In this document: one piece after another, positions 62,784 through 64,000 of the stretch
Position numbering within the stretch: the first letter of the stretch is position 1
Layout of the letters: each line of letters starts with the position of its first letter
Assembly: GCA_964347335.1 (NCBI GenBank)
Contig: CAYFYO010000003.1
Location: forward strand, 6,180 to 70,179
Source: an uncultured Thermodesulfobacteriota bacterium
GTDB taxonomy: Bacteria; Desulfobacterota; BSN033; WVXP01
DNA length: 64,000 nucleotides
Reading direction: 5' to 3'
Notes under the pieces: model-generated
What the model was told of the DNA's origin: nothing
The model's input: only the letters and a program-made list of their open reading frames with translations
The model's database searches: none
Made by a program: the position numbers and the translations under genes

Positions 62784-62812
62784 TTGACAAATCAATTTCT
62801 GTTCGTTATATA
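62784..62812 (+). promoter_or_regulatory. sigma70-like promoter driving the cobalamin riboswitch leader
   Basis: TTGACA-17 nt-TATATA(CT). Confidence 0.5.
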
Positions 62813-62821
62813 CTGAGTCAC

Positions 62822-63075
62822 GAAATGTTTGGGTGTAGGGAAGACGGTGAGAAGCCGTCGCGGACCCGCCGCTGTGAGTGGGGACGAAAGCCACAGAGTG
62901 GGCCACTATTTCGCTCGAGCGGAATGGGAAGGCGTGGTGAGTAGGAGGATCCACGAGCCAGAAAACCTGCCCAAGACGTTGCTCCAAAAACATTCCTCGA
63001 GGGGTGGGAATATGGAGTCGGCGAGGGAAGTCGGTCTGATCGCAATCCGGGGTCAGGCTTTTTTTGTCTTCGAGA
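62822..63075 (+). ncRNA. cobalamin (B12) riboswitch, cis-regulatory leader
   Basis: GGGAAGACGGTGAGAAGCCGTCGCGGACCCGCCGCTGTGAGTGGGGACGAAAGCCACAG core and B12 box GAGCCAGAAAACCTGCCC; T-run GGCTTTTTTTG about 63058-63068. Confidence 0.75.
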
Positions 63076-63231
63076 GCGTTCAAGCGCCCTCCATTTGACC
63101 AATCTCCTTTTCCCAATATCCCTCTCTTTCTCTATTGCACTTGTCTGGGACACGAATACCAGGTCAGCGCAAAGACCTTCTATTCATATGGAACTTCCTG
63201 TCCCTAAACTGAGAAGTCAAAGGAGAAGACC

Positions 63232-64000
63232 ATGGCAAGATGGCTAAAGTTCAAGTTTTTCGCGACCCCTCTGACCCAGGCTATCGGGTCAGACGGCTCG
63301 AACACCGAGCTCGCAATACCCGAAGTGCGGGGGAGCGATGCCCGGAATCGGTTCATTCACCGCTGGAACGCTTGGGCCATGCTATCCCTCGCACTTGTCT
63401 CAGGCCCGGCTCTGGCTCAGGAGAAAGAGGAGGTACCTATCCTGGGAGAGGTCGTGGTCACGGCAACACGAAAAGAGGAGGAGATCCGTAAGATTCCGGC
63501 AAACGTGACGGTCATCACCGAACAAGACATTGAGAACTCCAACGCCAAGACCGTCGCCGATCTGCTGCGATCTGAAGAGGGCATCGTTGTGAGAGACCTT
63601 ATTGGGAATGGAAAGAGTGCACAAGTCGACCTTCGCGGTTTCGGAGAAACGGCACCCTCCAACACCCTGGTGCTCGTTGACGGGCGGCGGGTCAACGAAA
63701 TCGATCTCAGCGGCGTCGATTGGACACAGATCCCCCTGGACCAGATCGAACGAGTCGAAATTGTCCGGGGCAGCGGGAGCGTTCTGTTCGGGGATAACGC
63801 CGTGGGTGGCGTGATCAATATCATCACGAAAACCCCCGCCGAGAAAGTGACCATGAGGGGTGAAATTCTTGCCGGGAGCTACGGACGAATTAGAGAAGAA
63901 GCATCGATCAGCGGAGGCTATGAGAACGTGGCCGCTTCCCTCTCTGGCAGCTATGACTCAACGAATGGGTACCGGGAAAACGGTGAGTTTCGGACGAGAG
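63232..64000 (+). CDS. TonB-dependent outer-membrane receptor (BtuB-like), 3'-truncated by window edge
   Basis: RBS AAGGAGAAG before ATG 63232 (not in ORF track because the frame is open at the window end); signal peptide AMLSLALVSGPALA/QE; plug domain with TonB box VVVTATR and IERVEIVRGSGSVLFG. Confidence 0.8.
   Translation, partial: MARWLKFKFFATPLTQAIGSDGSNTELAIPEVRGSDARNRFIHRWNAWAMLSLALVSGPALAQEKEEVPILGEVVVTATRKEEEIRKIPANVTVITEQDIENSNAKTVADLLRSEEGIVVRDLIGNGKSAQVDLRGFGETAPSNTLVLVDGRRVNEIDLSGVDWTQIPLDQIERVEIVRGSGSVLFGDNAVGGVINIITKTPAEKVTMRGEILAGSYGRIREEASISGGYENVAASLSGSYDSTNGYRENGEFRTR

Noticed and set aside
63240-63491. 83-aa ORF at the start of the TonB-receptor region
   Set aside because: It is in a different frame from the well-supported receptor ORF (ATG 63232 with AAGGAGAAG RBS, TonB box, plug domain) and has Arg/Gly-rich junk composition.

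Overview
This 64-kb window is mostly housekeeping genome from a Gram-negative-type bacterium at about 55% GC. The gene content (AsmA, Mla/Mce, LapB-like, TatA, TonB receptor) indicates an outer-membrane organism, but I cannot place the taxon from sequence alone.

Gene content in order:
- an Mla/Mce-type lipid ABC transporter (MlaE partial, MlaF, MlaD, DUF330 lipoprotein);
- a TauE/SafE exporter and a SpoIID/LytB protein;
- a large radical-SAM protein (B12-binding/rSAM fused to a DUF2344-like C-terminus) whose stop overlaps the start of an RNase G gene;
- the conserved rplU-rpmA-obg-proB-proA-nadD-rsfS block, followed by a DksA-like zinc finger, a LapA/LapB-like TPR protein and comF;
- an AsmA-family protein;
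- a GGDEF cyclase overlapping a Nudix hydrolase;
- a second RNase E/G paralog and a hypothetical protein;
- icd on the minus strand and an HDAC/AcuC-family gene;
- two overlapping tandem PilZ genes;
- a Hanks kinase with a small excisionase-type HTH gene;
- a membrane J-domain protein, tatA and a LivK-like binding protein;
- an rpoD-like sigma factor with a consensus promoter;
- an attEFGH-like ABC system (ATPase, double-FtsX permease, AttH/CrtC-like protein);
- two tandem DUF21-CBS (CorC/HlyC) genes;
- an FmdB zinc ribbon, groES-groEL with a terminator, then dnaJ;
- a standalone response regulator;
- an M16 peptidase pair;
- thyX and nrdJ on the minus strand, divergent from lexA;
- mutY;
- a wHTH hypothetical plus a ChlI/BchI-like AAA+ ATPase;
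- a promoter, cobalamin riboswitch and TonB-dependent receptor at the 3' edge.

No rRNA, tRNA, CRISPR array, transposase or integrase was recognised.

The most unusual signal is a family of three intergenic elements (about 11031-11320, 19386-19470, and 24030-24300 inverted). Two copies consist almost entirely of about 35 phased degenerate 7-bp tandem repeats between conserved GA-rich and CTTTATC/CTTGAAC ends, followed by a conserved GTCCCTCAGGGAC hairpin. The third copy is a short derivative that keeps the ends. Two copies sit in the 5' regions of the ribosomal-protein/obg operon and of the second RNase E/G gene.

Other points worth follow-up:
- the wHTH plus ChlI-like ATPase pair next to the B12-riboswitch-controlled receptor;
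- the translationally coupled radical-SAM/DUF2344-rng pair;
- an NrdR-box-like palindrome and a candidate LexA operator in the nrdJ/lexA divergent region;
- a sigma-54-like promoter ahead of the orphan response regulator;
- the GTGA-coupled GGDEF-Nudix pair.
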